35,247 bases of DNA, taken from IMG/VR virus record IMGVR_UViG_3300012352_000123, positions 1 through 35,247 of that record; one strand, written 5' to 3'. The notes beneath the pieces were generated by a model. It was not told the origin of the DNA. It did no database searches and saw only the letters and a list, made by a program, of their open reading frames with translations. This DNA comes from a virus. Each line of letters opens with the position of its first letter. Position 1 is the first letter of the stretch. The position numbers were made by a program, and so were the translations under genes. Shown one piece after another: positions 15,450 through 23,825 of the stretch.

Positions 15450-15592
15450 AACAAGGTCTTTACGCAAATATTCATGCTAAACAAGAACGCATTAAGGCTG
15501 GTTCTAAGGAAAAGATGCGTAAAGTTGGCTCTAAAGGCGCTCCTACTGAGGCGGCATTTAAACAAGCGGCTAAGACTGCTAAAAAGAAATGA
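15446..15592 (+). CDS. Very basic 48-aa protein
   Basis: Translation: MKQGLYANIHAKQERIKAGSKEKMRKVGSKGAPTEAAFKQAAKTAKKK. Coupled by ATGA overlaps at 15446 and 15589. Confidence 0.5.
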   Translation: MKQGLYANIHAKQERIKAGSKEKMRKVGSKGAPTEAAFKQAAKTAKKK

Positions 15593-16209
15593 CTATTTCA
15601 GAAGCATTAGATAAGTCAACTGTAGATCAGTTGATTCTGTCTCATGGCACATGGAAACATCTTTTTTACAGATGCTATTCAAAAATAAGCCCTGACTACA
15701 AAAATTATGGTGGTCGCGGCATTGATGTACATCCATCATGGCATGGTGATAATGGTTTCTATCAATTTATCAAAGATGTTGGATTAAGACCTTCAAAAGA
15801 GTACAGTCTTGATAGGATTGATGTTGATAAAGGCTATTCACCAGAAAATGTGAAATGGTCTACTAGCATTGAGCAATCTAACAATCGTAGAAATAGTAAA
15901 CGATACTTGTTTGAAGGCGAAAATCTTACATTAGCTGAAATTGCCAGAAAAACAGGAATTGACTACCAAAGAATCTGGAAAGCAACTAAAGTATATGGCG
16001 ATCCATCTGAACATACAAGAATTGATCCAGATCGTGGAAAACGTATGTATCAAGGCAAATTGCGCTCAACAACAGAGATTGCAAAAATGGTTAATATGAA
16101 ACCAGAAACCTTAATGCAAAGATTAAGAAATGGCTTAGATTTTGATTTAGCTATTGCACTTCCACTTCAAGCTGGTGTACACTTCAAGGAAAGATCATTA
16201 TGGTCTTAA
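15589..16209 (+). CDS. HNH-like (DRID-variant) homing-endonuclease-like DNA-binding protein (206 aa)
   Basis: YKNYGGRGIDVHPSW...FIKDVGLRP...SLDRIDVDKGYSPENVKWSTSIEQSNNRR, followed by helix-turn-helix-like repeats (LTLAEIARKTGIDYQRIW; TTEIAKMVNMKPETLMQRL). The first catalytic His position reads Arg. Confidence 0.6.
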   Translation: MTISEALDKSTVDQLILSHGTWKHLFYRCYSKISPDYKNYGGRGIDVHPSWHGDNGFYQFIKDVGLRPSKEYSLDRIDVDKGYSPENVKWSTSIEQSNNRRNSKRYLFEGENLTLAEIARKTGIDYQRIWKATKVYGDPSEHTRIDPDRGKRMYQGKLRSTTEIAKMVNMKPETLMQRLRNGLDFDLAIALPLQAGVHFKERSLWS

Positions 16210-16478
16210 AAAAATACCAGAATCCAAAAGGCGGATTAAATGAGGAAGGCCGTGAGTTCTACAAAAGGACTGAAGGACTAAACCTTAAAAAGCCTTTAAA
16301 AACGGGTAATTCAGGTCGTAGATCTAGTTTTTTAGCACGAATGGGCAATATGCCTGGCGCTGAGATGAAAGATGGAAAGCCTACCCGACTTTTACTTTCT
16401 CTTAGAGCTTGGGGTGCATCGTCCAAGGAAGACGCTAAAGCAAAGGCTAAAGCGATTTCTAAGAGGAATAAGAAGTGA
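16200..16478 (+). CDS. Basic 92-aa protein
   Basis: MVLKKYQNPKGGLNEEGREFYKRTEG...RRSSFLARM...KDGKPTRLLLSLRAWG...KAKAKAISKRNKK. From memory it resembles a conserved small family of unknown function (unverified). Confidence 0.55.
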   Translation: MVLKKYQNPKGGLNEEGREFYKRTEGLNLKKPLKTGNSGRRSSFLARMGNMPGAEMKDGKPTRLLLSLRAWGASSKEDAKAKAKAISKRNKK

Positions 16479-16810
16479 GACCAATATCTGTTGGAGTCGA
16501 GCCTACTGCGGCAACATTGACTACTGTTTATACAGTACCAACAGGCTATTACGCTAAATTTACTGTCATGTATATCCACAATACTGGTGGATCTACAAAG
16601 CATATTACAGTAGTTTGGAATGATCTAAGCGCTGGTAATTCTTACGATATTCTTACTGAATATAGCTTTACTGCGAAACAGTATCTTCAATTTGATGGCA
16701 ATGCTTATATCGTTCTAGAAGAAGGCGATAAGATTCAGATAACAACAGAGGCTGGGAGTACTTTCAGCTTTTTAGCGACCTTTGAGGTTGAAGGAGCATC
16801 AAGAACATGA
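16475..16810 (+). CDS. Small beta-rich virion protein (111 aa, GTG start)
   Basis: GTGA overlap with the upstream stop and ATGA overlap with the downstream gene. Lies in the tail module. Confidence 0.55.
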   Translation: MRPISVGVEPTAATLTTVYTVPTGYYAKFTVMYIHNTGGSTKHITVVWNDLSAGNSYDILTEYSFTAKQYLQFDGNAYIVLEEGDKIQITTEAGSTFSFLATFEVEGASRT

Positions 16811-17454
16811 CCTACTTACAACTAGTCAATGATGTATTGATACGCTTGCGTGAAACTCAAGTTTCAACCGTAACAGAAACAGCATATTCCACTTTGATTG
16901 GCAAGTTTGTCAATGATGCAAAGCGTCAGATCGAAGATTCTTATGGTTGGAATGTTCTTGGTCAAACAGTCACTATCACTACTACTGCGGGTACTTACAT
17001 CTATTCGATGACAGGTGCTGGTCAGAAGTTCCAAGTTATGGATGCTTTGAACACCACAGCAAATGTTGGTTTGCAGAACATCAGTTTTGTGCAGATGAAT
17101 CGCTTTCAGAACTTAGTCCCTGCGATTAGTGGCATCCCTGAATACTATGCTTTTGATGGTGTAGATGGCAATGGAGACACTAAAGTCGTTCTGTATGCTC
17201 GTCCTGATGGCGTATACAACATTCCATTTGCTTTAACTGTTCCACAAGCAACTCTATCTTCTGACAATACATTGGTATTAGTTCCTGATACTTTGGTTGT
17301 CCAGAACGCTTATGCCAGAGCTTTGGTTGAGCGTGGTGAAGATGGTGGATTGAATTCATCTGAAGCATATCAACTGTATCGTTCGATGCTTTCTGATTAC
17401 ATTGCTTTGGAAAGCACACGTTATCCTGAAAACCAAGAGTTTGTAGCAATATGA
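16807..17454 (+). CDS. Tail adaptor / tubular-protein-A-like protein (215 aa)
   Basis: The size and position (just before the large nozzle-like gene) parallel T7 gp11. N-terminus MTYLQLVNDVLIRLRE... Assigned by synteny only. Confidence 0.5.
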   Translation: MTYLQLVNDVLIRLRETQVSTVTETAYSTLIGKFVNDAKRQIEDSYGWNVLGQTVTITTTAGTYIYSMTGAGQKFQVMDALNTTANVGLQNISFVQMNRFQNLVPAISGIPEYYAFDGVDGNGDTKVVLYARPDGVYNIPFALTVPQATLSSDNTLVLVPDTLVVQNAYARALVERGEDGGLNSSEAYQLYRSMLSDYIALESTRYPENQEFVAI

Positions 17455-18995
17455 GCCAACAACTCCAAACAGTCAGTATCTCAGCACCAGGCTTCTTTGG
17501 CCTGAATACGCAAGATTCGCCATTAGACTTGGCTGCTGGATTTGCTTTGGTTGCAACAAACTGCGTCATTGACCAATATGGTCGTATTGGCTCTCGTAAA
17601 GGTTGGGCAAGAGTTAACTCTTCTTCTGGAAACCTTGGTGCTAATAATGTTGGCGTTATCCATGAGTTAGTTCAGGCTGATGGAACTCTTACAGTTCTGT
17701 TTGCGGGTAATAACAAGTTATTCAAGTTAGATGGCTCAAATGCTGTTGTTGAATTGACCTATGGGGGGGGAGGCTCTGCTCCTACCATTACTGCGAGTAA
17801 TTGGTCATGTGCCTCTTTGAATGGCATCACTTATTTCTTCCAAATAGGTCATGATCCATTGGTGTTTGACCCTGCTGTAAGCACAACAACATATCGTAGA
17901 GTTAGCGAAAAAAGTGGTTATGTAGGGACTGTTCCTTCTGCAAACATTGCTATCTCTGCATTTGGTCGCTTATGGGTTGCTGATACAACAACAGATAACG
18001 TGACTGTTTACTTCTCTGACCTATTAGCTGGTCATATTTGGAGTACTGGAACAGCGGGATCATTGAACATTGACCGTGTATGGCCTAATGGTGCTGATGA
18101 AATCACAGGTTTGGCTGCTCACAATGGTTTCTTGATTATCTTTGGTAAGCGTCAGATTCTGGTGTATGCCAACGCTACTACTCCTTCAACGATGTCTTTA
18201 AATGACACTGTAGGCGGTATTGGATGTATTGCTAGAGACTCTATCCAAAGTACTGGTAAGGATGTTTTGTTCTTATCAAACTCTGGTGTTAGATCATTTG
18301 CCAGAACGATTATTGAGAAGTCTGCTCCATTGGGTGATTTGTCTAAGAACATTCGTAGTGACTTTATGTCAATTGTTGGTAGTGAAACACTAGCCAATAT
18401 TAAGACTGTTTACTCTGAAAAAGAGGCTTTCTACTTATTGACATTGCCTACTGTTAAAGAGGTTTACTGCTTTGATACACGAGTCCAGTTGCAAGACGGC
18501 TCATTTCGTGTCACAAGTTGGGATTCTATTGAGCCAACAGCATTGTTATCACGCAGAAATGGTGATTTGTTGATTGGAAAGAATGGTTATGTTGGTAAGT
18601 ACAGCACTTATCAAGACCACAATACTGCTTACAGGATGCAGTATTACACCAATCATGCAGACCTTGGAAATGCAAATGTTACTTCATTATTGAAGCGACT
18701 CAAAGTAGTTGTTATTGGTGGCAGTAATCAGTACCTCACAATGAAATGGGGCTTTGATTTCAGCACTAACTATTTATCTGCCAATGCTCTTATTCCCGCT
18801 CAAGGTGTTTATGAATATGGCATTGCTGAATACAATGTTGCACAGTATTCAAGTGGTGTTGCTTTGCAAACATTAAGTATTTCAGCAAGTGGTGGCGGTA
18901 AGATTGTCCAAACTGGATACGAAGCAAATATCAATGGTTCGCCTTTGTCTATACAGCGAATTGAAATCCAATCTAAAGACGGGAAAATGTCATGA
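17451..18995 (+). CDS. Tail nozzle / tubular-protein-B-like protein (514 aa)
   Basis: Beta-rich. N-terminus ...SAPGFFGLNTQDSPLDLAAGFALVATNCVIDQYGRIGSRKGW, as recalled from RNAP-less T7-like podophages. Assigned by synteny. Confidence 0.55.
   Translation: MSQQLQTVSISAPGFFGLNTQDSPLDLAAGFALVATNCVIDQYGRIGSRKGWARVNSSSGNLGANNVGVIHELVQADGTLTVLFAGNNKLFKLDGSNAVVELTYGGGGSAPTITASNWSCASLNGITYFFQIGHDPLVFDPAVSTTTYRRVSEKSGYVGTVPSANIAISAFGRLWVADTTTDNVTVYFSDLLAGHIWSTGTAGSLNIDRVWPNGADEITGLAAHNGFLIIFGKRQILVYANATTPSTMSLNDTVGGIGCIARDSIQSTGKDVLFLSNSGVRSFARTIIEKSAPLGDLSKNIRSDFMSIVGSETLANIKTVYSEKEAFYLLTLPTVKEVYCFDTRVQLQDGSFRVTSWDSIEPTALLSRRNGDLLIGKNGYVGKYSTYQDHNTAYRMQYYTNHADLGNANVTSLLKRLKVVVIGGSNQYLTMKWGFDFSTNYLSANALIPAQGVYEYGIAEYNVAQYSSGVALQTLSISASGGGKIVQTGYEANINGSPLSIQRIEIQSKDGKMS
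17763..17770 (+). repeat. G8 homopolymer inside the nozzle-like gene
   Basis: tatGGGGGGGGagg encodes YGGGG. It is the longest G run I saw in coding sequence in this window. Confidence 0.9.
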
Positions 18996-19525
18996 GTGCG
19001 CTTAGATTGGTTTCCACTACAAAAGTTTGCAGTCATTGCAAAGAAGATAAATTGTTGTCAGATTTTTCTGTAAACAATAAAGCCAAAGATAAATTGCAAT
19101 ACAAGTGTAGAACTTGCGATGTTAAGTATCAAGCTCAAAGGCGTGACGCAAATAAAGATCACTTTACCGAGTATTCACGAGAATACCAAAAAGGCAGACG
19201 TAAGGATTTTGAATATCGCTTGCAAATGCTTATAAATGCCTCAAAACAAAGAGCTAAAAATAAAGGTAGAGAGCATAATATAACGGTTTCTGATCTTAAG
19301 GCAATTTATCCAAGTGATGGTCGTTGCCCTATTTTTGGTACTATTCTTGAGTTTAATGAAGCTGGATTCCGTGATAGTAGTCCAAGTATTGATAGGATAG
19401 ATTCATCTAAAGGCTATACGATTGACAATATACAAGTAATTTCTTGGAAAGCAAATCGTATAAAAGGCGCAGCATCATTGCAAGACTTAGAAATGCTAGT
19501 TGCATATCTAAAACAAGGAGAATAA
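18992..19525 (+). CDS. HNH-like (DRID-variant) homing endonuclease (177 aa)
   Basis: N-terminal CSHC...CRTC zinc pairs and C-terminal SPSIDRIDSSKGYTIDNIQVISWKANRIKG. AT/Lys-rich. ATGA overlap with the nozzle-like gene, and the stop lies immediately before the fibre gene. Confidence 0.75.
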   Translation: MSALRLVSTTKVCSHCKEDKLLSDFSVNNKAKDKLQYKCRTCDVKYQAQRRDANKDHFTEYSREYQKGRRKDFEYRLQMLINASKQRAKNKGREHNITVSDLKAIYPSDGRCPIFGTILEFNEAGFRDSSPSIDRIDSSKGYTIDNIQVISWKANRIKGAASLQDLEMLVAYLKQGE

Positions 19526-19526
19526 A

Positions 19527-20930
19527 TTGTCTAACTACACACAAAGTACTAATTTTGCTACTAAAGACTCACTTCCTACTGGTGATCCGTTAAAGATTGT
19601 CAAGGGTACTGAGATCAACACAGAGTTTGTCAATATCTCTACTGCTATCTCAACTAAACTTGATGCTTCAGCAGGTGCGATTACTGATGCAACAATCAAC
19701 AATACAACGATTGGTGCAACCACTCCTTCTACAGCGGCTTTCACCACTTTGTCTGCATCTAGTACTACCACTTTGTCTGGTGCTACTACTTTGTCTGGTG
19801 TGACAACGATTACTAATGCTCAACGACCAGTTATTGATAACATTAAGTTGGGATACACAACAACAGCAACCGCTGCTGGAACAACAACATTAACTGTTTC
19901 AAGCACTTACCAACAGTACTTTACTGGATCAACAACACAAACTGTTGTTTTGCCTGTAACTAGCACTTTAGTGCTTGGTCTTGGTTACTCTATTACCAAT
20001 AGATCTACTGGTGTAGTTTCTGTTCAGTCTAGTGGTGCTAATGCCATTATTGATATTCCTCCTCAAGCAACTGTTATCTTTACTTGTGTTTTAACAAGTG
20101 GAACAACAGCGGCTAGTTGGTCATATTTATTTGAAGGCTCTTCATATATTCCCGCTAAGACATTCCAAACTGTTACTGCAACTGTTGGATCTAATGCTCT
20201 TACGATTAGTCTTGCTCCTTGCACATTAGAGTTTAGGTCTTCTACAGCATCATCTGGCGCTGTTCTTACAAGGTCAGTTCCATCTTCAATTAGCGTTACT
20301 GTTTCAAGTGGTTCTACTTTAGGAACAACAAGTGCTGTTGAGTCTAAACTGGCTGTTATTGCGATAGATAACGCTGGAACTGTTGAGTTGGCAGTGGTGA
20401 ACGATACAGCTTATGGAACACTTGATGAAGGTCTGTTGATTAGTACGACTGCTGAAGGTGGTGTTGGTGGTGCTGATAGTGGTACTGTTATCTACTCAAC
20501 TACTGCTCGAACAAATGTTGCTTTCAGAGTTGTTGGCTACATTTATTCAACACAATCAACTGCTGGTGCTTGGGCTACATCTCCATCAAACATTGCTGTG
20601 AGTGGCATTAAAGATGCGGCTAATGCAAACACAGTTACAACAATCACAACTACACAAGTTCTGAATGCGACTGCTGGAGCTTCTTTGGGTGCTGTAGGAA
20701 CGTATGCTTTCCTTGTTAGAAATAGCAGTGCATCATCTCTTGCGGCTGGTAGTACTGTTGCTGGATCATCGTTAGTTTATGGCTCTGTGATTTCAGTTAA
20801 CTCATATAACTACAACACTGCTGTAGATGGTGCATCTACAACTTCACCTTCTGGTACATGGAGACTAATGGGAGAGTTTGCGGCATCTTCTGATGCAACA
20901 AAGGCTTCTTTGTGGCTTCGTATCTCCTAA
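19527..20930 (+). CDS. Tail fibre / spike (467 aa, TTG start)
   Basis: AAGGAG at 19515-19520 is 6 nt before TTG 19527. The N-terminus SNYTQSTNFATKDSLPTGDPLKIVKGTEINTEFVNISTAISTKLD is a widespread fibre N-terminal anchor motif. The rest is Thr/Ser/Ala-rich with TTLSG repeats. Confidence 0.75.
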   Translation: MSNYTQSTNFATKDSLPTGDPLKIVKGTEINTEFVNISTAISTKLDASAGAITDATINNTTIGATTPSTAAFTTLSASSTTTLSGATTLSGVTTITNAQRPVIDNIKLGYTTTATAAGTTTLTVSSTYQQYFTGSTTQTVVLPVTSTLVLGLGYSITNRSTGVVSVQSSGANAIIDIPPQATVIFTCVLTSGTTAASWSYLFEGSSYIPAKTFQTVTATVGSNALTISLAPCTLEFRSSTASSGAVLTRSVPSSISVTVSSGSTLGTTSAVESKLAVIAIDNAGTVELAVVNDTAYGTLDEGLLISTTAEGGVGGADSGTVIYSTTARTNVAFRVVGYIYSTQSTAGAWATSPSNIAVSGIKDAANANTVTTITTTQVLNATAGASLGAVGTYAFLVRNSSASSLAAGSTVAGSSLVYGSVISVNSYNYNTAVDGASTTSPSGTWRLMGEFAASSDATKASLWLRIS

Positions 20931-20935
20931 ATAAT

Positions 20936-21139
20936 ATGCAAGCAATACTTACATCTTTATCAAACCCTCGTTGGTCAAACGTAGATAAAACTATGATTGA
21001 TTGCGAGATTACTACATCACAATTAGGGGATGAAGTATTACCATTTACTGCTAGTCAGAATGACTGTGAGCCTCATGGTCGGGCAATCTTTGCTGACATT
21101 GTGTCTGGCAAATATGGTTCTATAGCGGAGTTTGAATGA
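20936..21139 (+). CDS. Small protein after the tail fibre, possible fibre assembly factor (67 aa)
   Basis: The ORF is open from GTG 20912, but ATG 20936 follows the fibre stop. ...LPFTASQNDCEPHGRAIFADIVSGKYGSIAEFE recalls the N-termini of tail-fibre assembly proteins (tentative). Confidence 0.45.
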   Translation: MQAILTSLSNPRWSNVDKTMIDCEITTSQLGDEVLPFTASQNDCEPHGRAIFADIVSGKYGSIAEFE

Positions 21140-21429
21140 TTACTCATCACTTCAGCGATGGTCTGTATGCCAAAGAGACGCAGTTTAGTGCGGGTACAGC
21201 CATTCTGAAGCATACGCATGACTTTAGCCATTTGTCTATATTGGCAAAAGGTAAGGTAGCGGTGATGAAAGGTGATGATGTTGAAGTTATTGAAGCGCCA
21301 GCTTGCGTTGAGATTAAAGCGGGTTTGACGCATGGTGTTAAAGCGTTGACAGATTGTGTTTGGTTTTGTATTCACGCCACTGACGAGAAAGATCCGTCAA
21401 AAGTGGACGATATTTTGATTGGAGTTTAA
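21136..21429 (+). CDS. Cupin-fold small protein (97 aa)
   Basis: ...GTAILKHTHDFSHLSILAKGKV...VEIKAGLTHGVKALTD... shows cupin-like His-containing beta motifs. ATGA overlap upstream. Confidence 0.5.
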   Translation: MITHHFSDGLYAKETQFSAGTAILKHTHDFSHLSILAKGKVAVMKGDDVEVIEAPACVEIKAGLTHGVKALTDCVWFCIHATDEKDPSKVDDILIGV

Positions 21430-21430
21430 T

Positions 21431-22468
21431 ATGCCATGGATTTCAGGTGGTCTTGCATTAGCGGGTGGTTTGTTTGGTGGTAATTCAGCCAAGAAAGCGG
21501 CTCAAGCTCAAGCTGATGCACAAGTAAAGGCGGCACAGATTGCGGCTGATGAAGCTCGTTTTAGACCAGTAGGCGTTACTACACGTTTTGGTCAGTCTCA
21601 GTTTACGACTGATGCCAATGGTCGTGTTACAGGCGCTGGTTATCAAATCAGTCCTGAAATGAGAGCCATGCAAGACCGTTTCTTAGGTCTAGCGGGTGGT
21701 GGTCTTACACAAGCAGAACAAGCACAACAACAGTTTGCTCCATTACAAGGTGCGGCTCAAGGTTTGTTTGGTTTAGGTCAACAGTATCTTGCTCAGTCTC
21801 CTGAAGAGGCTGCACAGCAATATATTCTTGGTAAACAGAATCTTTTAGCGCCTAGTCGAGAGCGTCAATTAGCAGGTTTGAGAACAAACTTGTTCAATAC
21901 TGGTCGTGAGGGATTGTCTGTTGGCGCTACAGGATTGCGTCCTGGTGGTGAAGAAGGTTTAAGAGCCTCTAATCCTGAGATGGAAGCGTACTATAACGCT
22001 CTTGCTCAACAGGATGCTCAATTAGCTGGTGAAGCTATGCAAGCGGGTCAGCAACAGACTATGTTTGGCGCTGATTTGTTCCGTACTGGTGGCAATTTAG
22101 GCAATCAAATGTATGCTTTGCAATCTGCGGCTCTAAGCCCTTACCAAGCGTATCTGCAAGGCGCTACAGGCTTGGAGAATCTTGGTCAACAGAGTCTTGA
22201 TATTGGCTCTGGTATTGGTGCAAAAGTTGCCAATCCTACAGGTGCTAATGCTTTGTTACAAGGTGGTATGGGCGCGGCTCAAAGCAATTATGCTGCCAAT
22301 TCTTACAACCCATTTGCAACAGCATTGACAGGACTGTCACAGAACCCTGCGCTGAGAAACATAAATTTTGGTAATGCACAATCTGCATTTTCACAAACAG
22401 GATTTGGCGGCTCTGGATTTGGAACAGGTTTAGCTTATGGCAATCAAGATCTAGGCGCTTTCCTTTAA
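21431..22468 (+). CDS. Internal virion / ejection-type protein (345 aa)
   Basis: GGAG at 21421-21424 is 6 nt before ATG 21431; the ORF-track TTG 21419 is unlikely. Gly/Ala/Gln-rich low-complexity protein with a hydrophobic N-terminus, MPWISGGLALAGGLFGG. Confidence 0.6.
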   Translation: MPWISGGLALAGGLFGGNSAKKAAQAQADAQVKAAQIAADEARFRPVGVTTRFGQSQFTTDANGRVTGAGYQISPEMRAMQDRFLGLAGGGLTQAEQAQQQFAPLQGAAQGLFGLGQQYLAQSPEEAAQQYILGKQNLLAPSRERQLAGLRTNLFNTGREGLSVGATGLRPGGEEGLRASNPEMEAYYNALAQQDAQLAGEAMQAGQQQTMFGADLFRTGGNLGNQMYALQSAALSPYQAYLQGATGLENLGQQSLDIGSGIGAKVANPTGANALLQGGMGAAQSNYAANSYNPFATALTGLSQNPALRNINFGNAQSAFSQTGFGGSGFGTGLAYGNQDLGAFL

Positions 22469-22478
22469 GGAGTAAATC

Positions 22479-23816
22479 ATGGCAGAAATCGTCCAATCTT
22501 TATTCGGTATTTCACCCGAGATGTATCAACAGAGCCAACAGGCTAGAGTTGACCAACAAGCATTGCAATATGCTCAACTAACTCCATTCCAACAGGCAAA
22601 CTATGCTATTGGTAGGGGCGCTAATATGCTTGGTGGTGCTATTGGTCGTGGTTTGGGTGGAGAAGACCCTGAACTGGCTCGTATTACTGCTAGACAACAG
22701 ATTTCAAAGCAGATTAACTACAACGACCCTACATCTATTGCTAAAGGCGTAGAGATGTTGTCTGCGGCTGGTGATACTCAGGGAGCAATGATGCTTGCTG
22801 ATGTTGGTCGTAAGGCGGCAAGTGAACAAGCATTATCGGCACAACGTACTGCACAAGCCAATCGTGAGGCTAAACAAGCAATTCCTAATGAAATTCAGAT
22901 TGCTAATGAGTTGGCATCATTGGAAACTGCACTTTTGAATGTTGAAAATTTGCCAGATAGCCCAGATCGTACCAATGCTAAAAATATGCTGAACTCTCGT
23001 TTAGCCGCATTGAGAGGCTTGACAAGCAAAGAAAAAACAGTAGCCGCAAACATCAAAGAAGTTGGTGTTGCAAAAGGAAGTGATAAAGCTGTTTATTTGG
23101 ATGTCAATAATGACCAGCAATTTATCTATGAGAAAGATGCTGAAGGTAAACAAGTTCGTGTTCCATATAATGGCGGTGTAGATAGAACTACTGCTAAAAC
23201 AACCAATCAAATTCCTCTTGGTGATGTTCTACAAAAAGTCTTTCAATCTAAAGAGGTTGAAGATTCTGCAAAAGCGTTTGGTGTCGCTGGTGAGGCTTAC
23301 AAAATTACAGTTCCATTGATTAAGAAATTGGAAACTGTTGAGAGCACTGTAAACAATGCCTTTACAGGTGCGGCATCAAATATCAATCTAAATATCAGCA
23401 AAGGACTATCTGCACTTGGCGTAAAAGTAAGCGATAGAGCTACTGATACTGAGATTGCAGATGCTATTTCTGCACAAGTTGTTCAGCAGATTGCAAAGGT
23501 CTTTCCTGGTAGCCAATCCAACAAAGAATTGGATCAATTGCTTAAGAGTAAATTTAATCTTAAACAAGAACTTCCAACTATCTTACGTCTTGTTGGACAG
23601 ATTAAAGATGAAATGCTTGCTCAAACTAAAACTTATGAGCAAATGGCTAACTTGCCTGCAAATGAAAGAACTACTTTCAATCCTAATTTGGCACAAGGAA
23701 AGAACTTTCAGAAGATTCAGAAGTATCGTGACTATGAGAAGAAATATCTCAACAAAACAATTACGCCTGAAGAGCGTACTGAAGCCGCAAAATTGAAACA
23801 AGAATTGAATTTCTAA
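22479..23816 (+). CDS. Internal virion / ejection-type protein (445 aa)
   Basis: AGGAG RBS. Helical, Q/A/K-rich. Lies between two similar genes, as with T7 gp14-16 by position. Confidence 0.55.
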   Translation: MAEIVQSLFGISPEMYQQSQQARVDQQALQYAQLTPFQQANYAIGRGANMLGGAIGRGLGGEDPELARITARQQISKQINYNDPTSIAKGVEMLSAAGDTQGAMMLADVGRKAASEQALSAQRTAQANREAKQAIPNEIQIANELASLETALLNVENLPDSPDRTNAKNMLNSRLAALRGLTSKEKTVAANIKEVGVAKGSDKAVYLDVNNDQQFIYEKDAEGKQVRVPYNGGVDRTTAKTTNQIPLGDVLQKVFQSKEVEDSAKAFGVAGEAYKITVPLIKKLETVESTVNNAFTGAASNINLNISKGLSALGVKVSDRATDTEIADAISAQVVQQIAKVFPGSQSNKELDQLLKSKFNLKQELPTILRLVGQIKDEMLAQTKTYEQMANLPANERTTFNPNLAQGKNFQKIQKYRDYEKKYLNKTITPEERTEAAKLKQELNF

Positions 23817-23825
23817 GGAGTTGAC

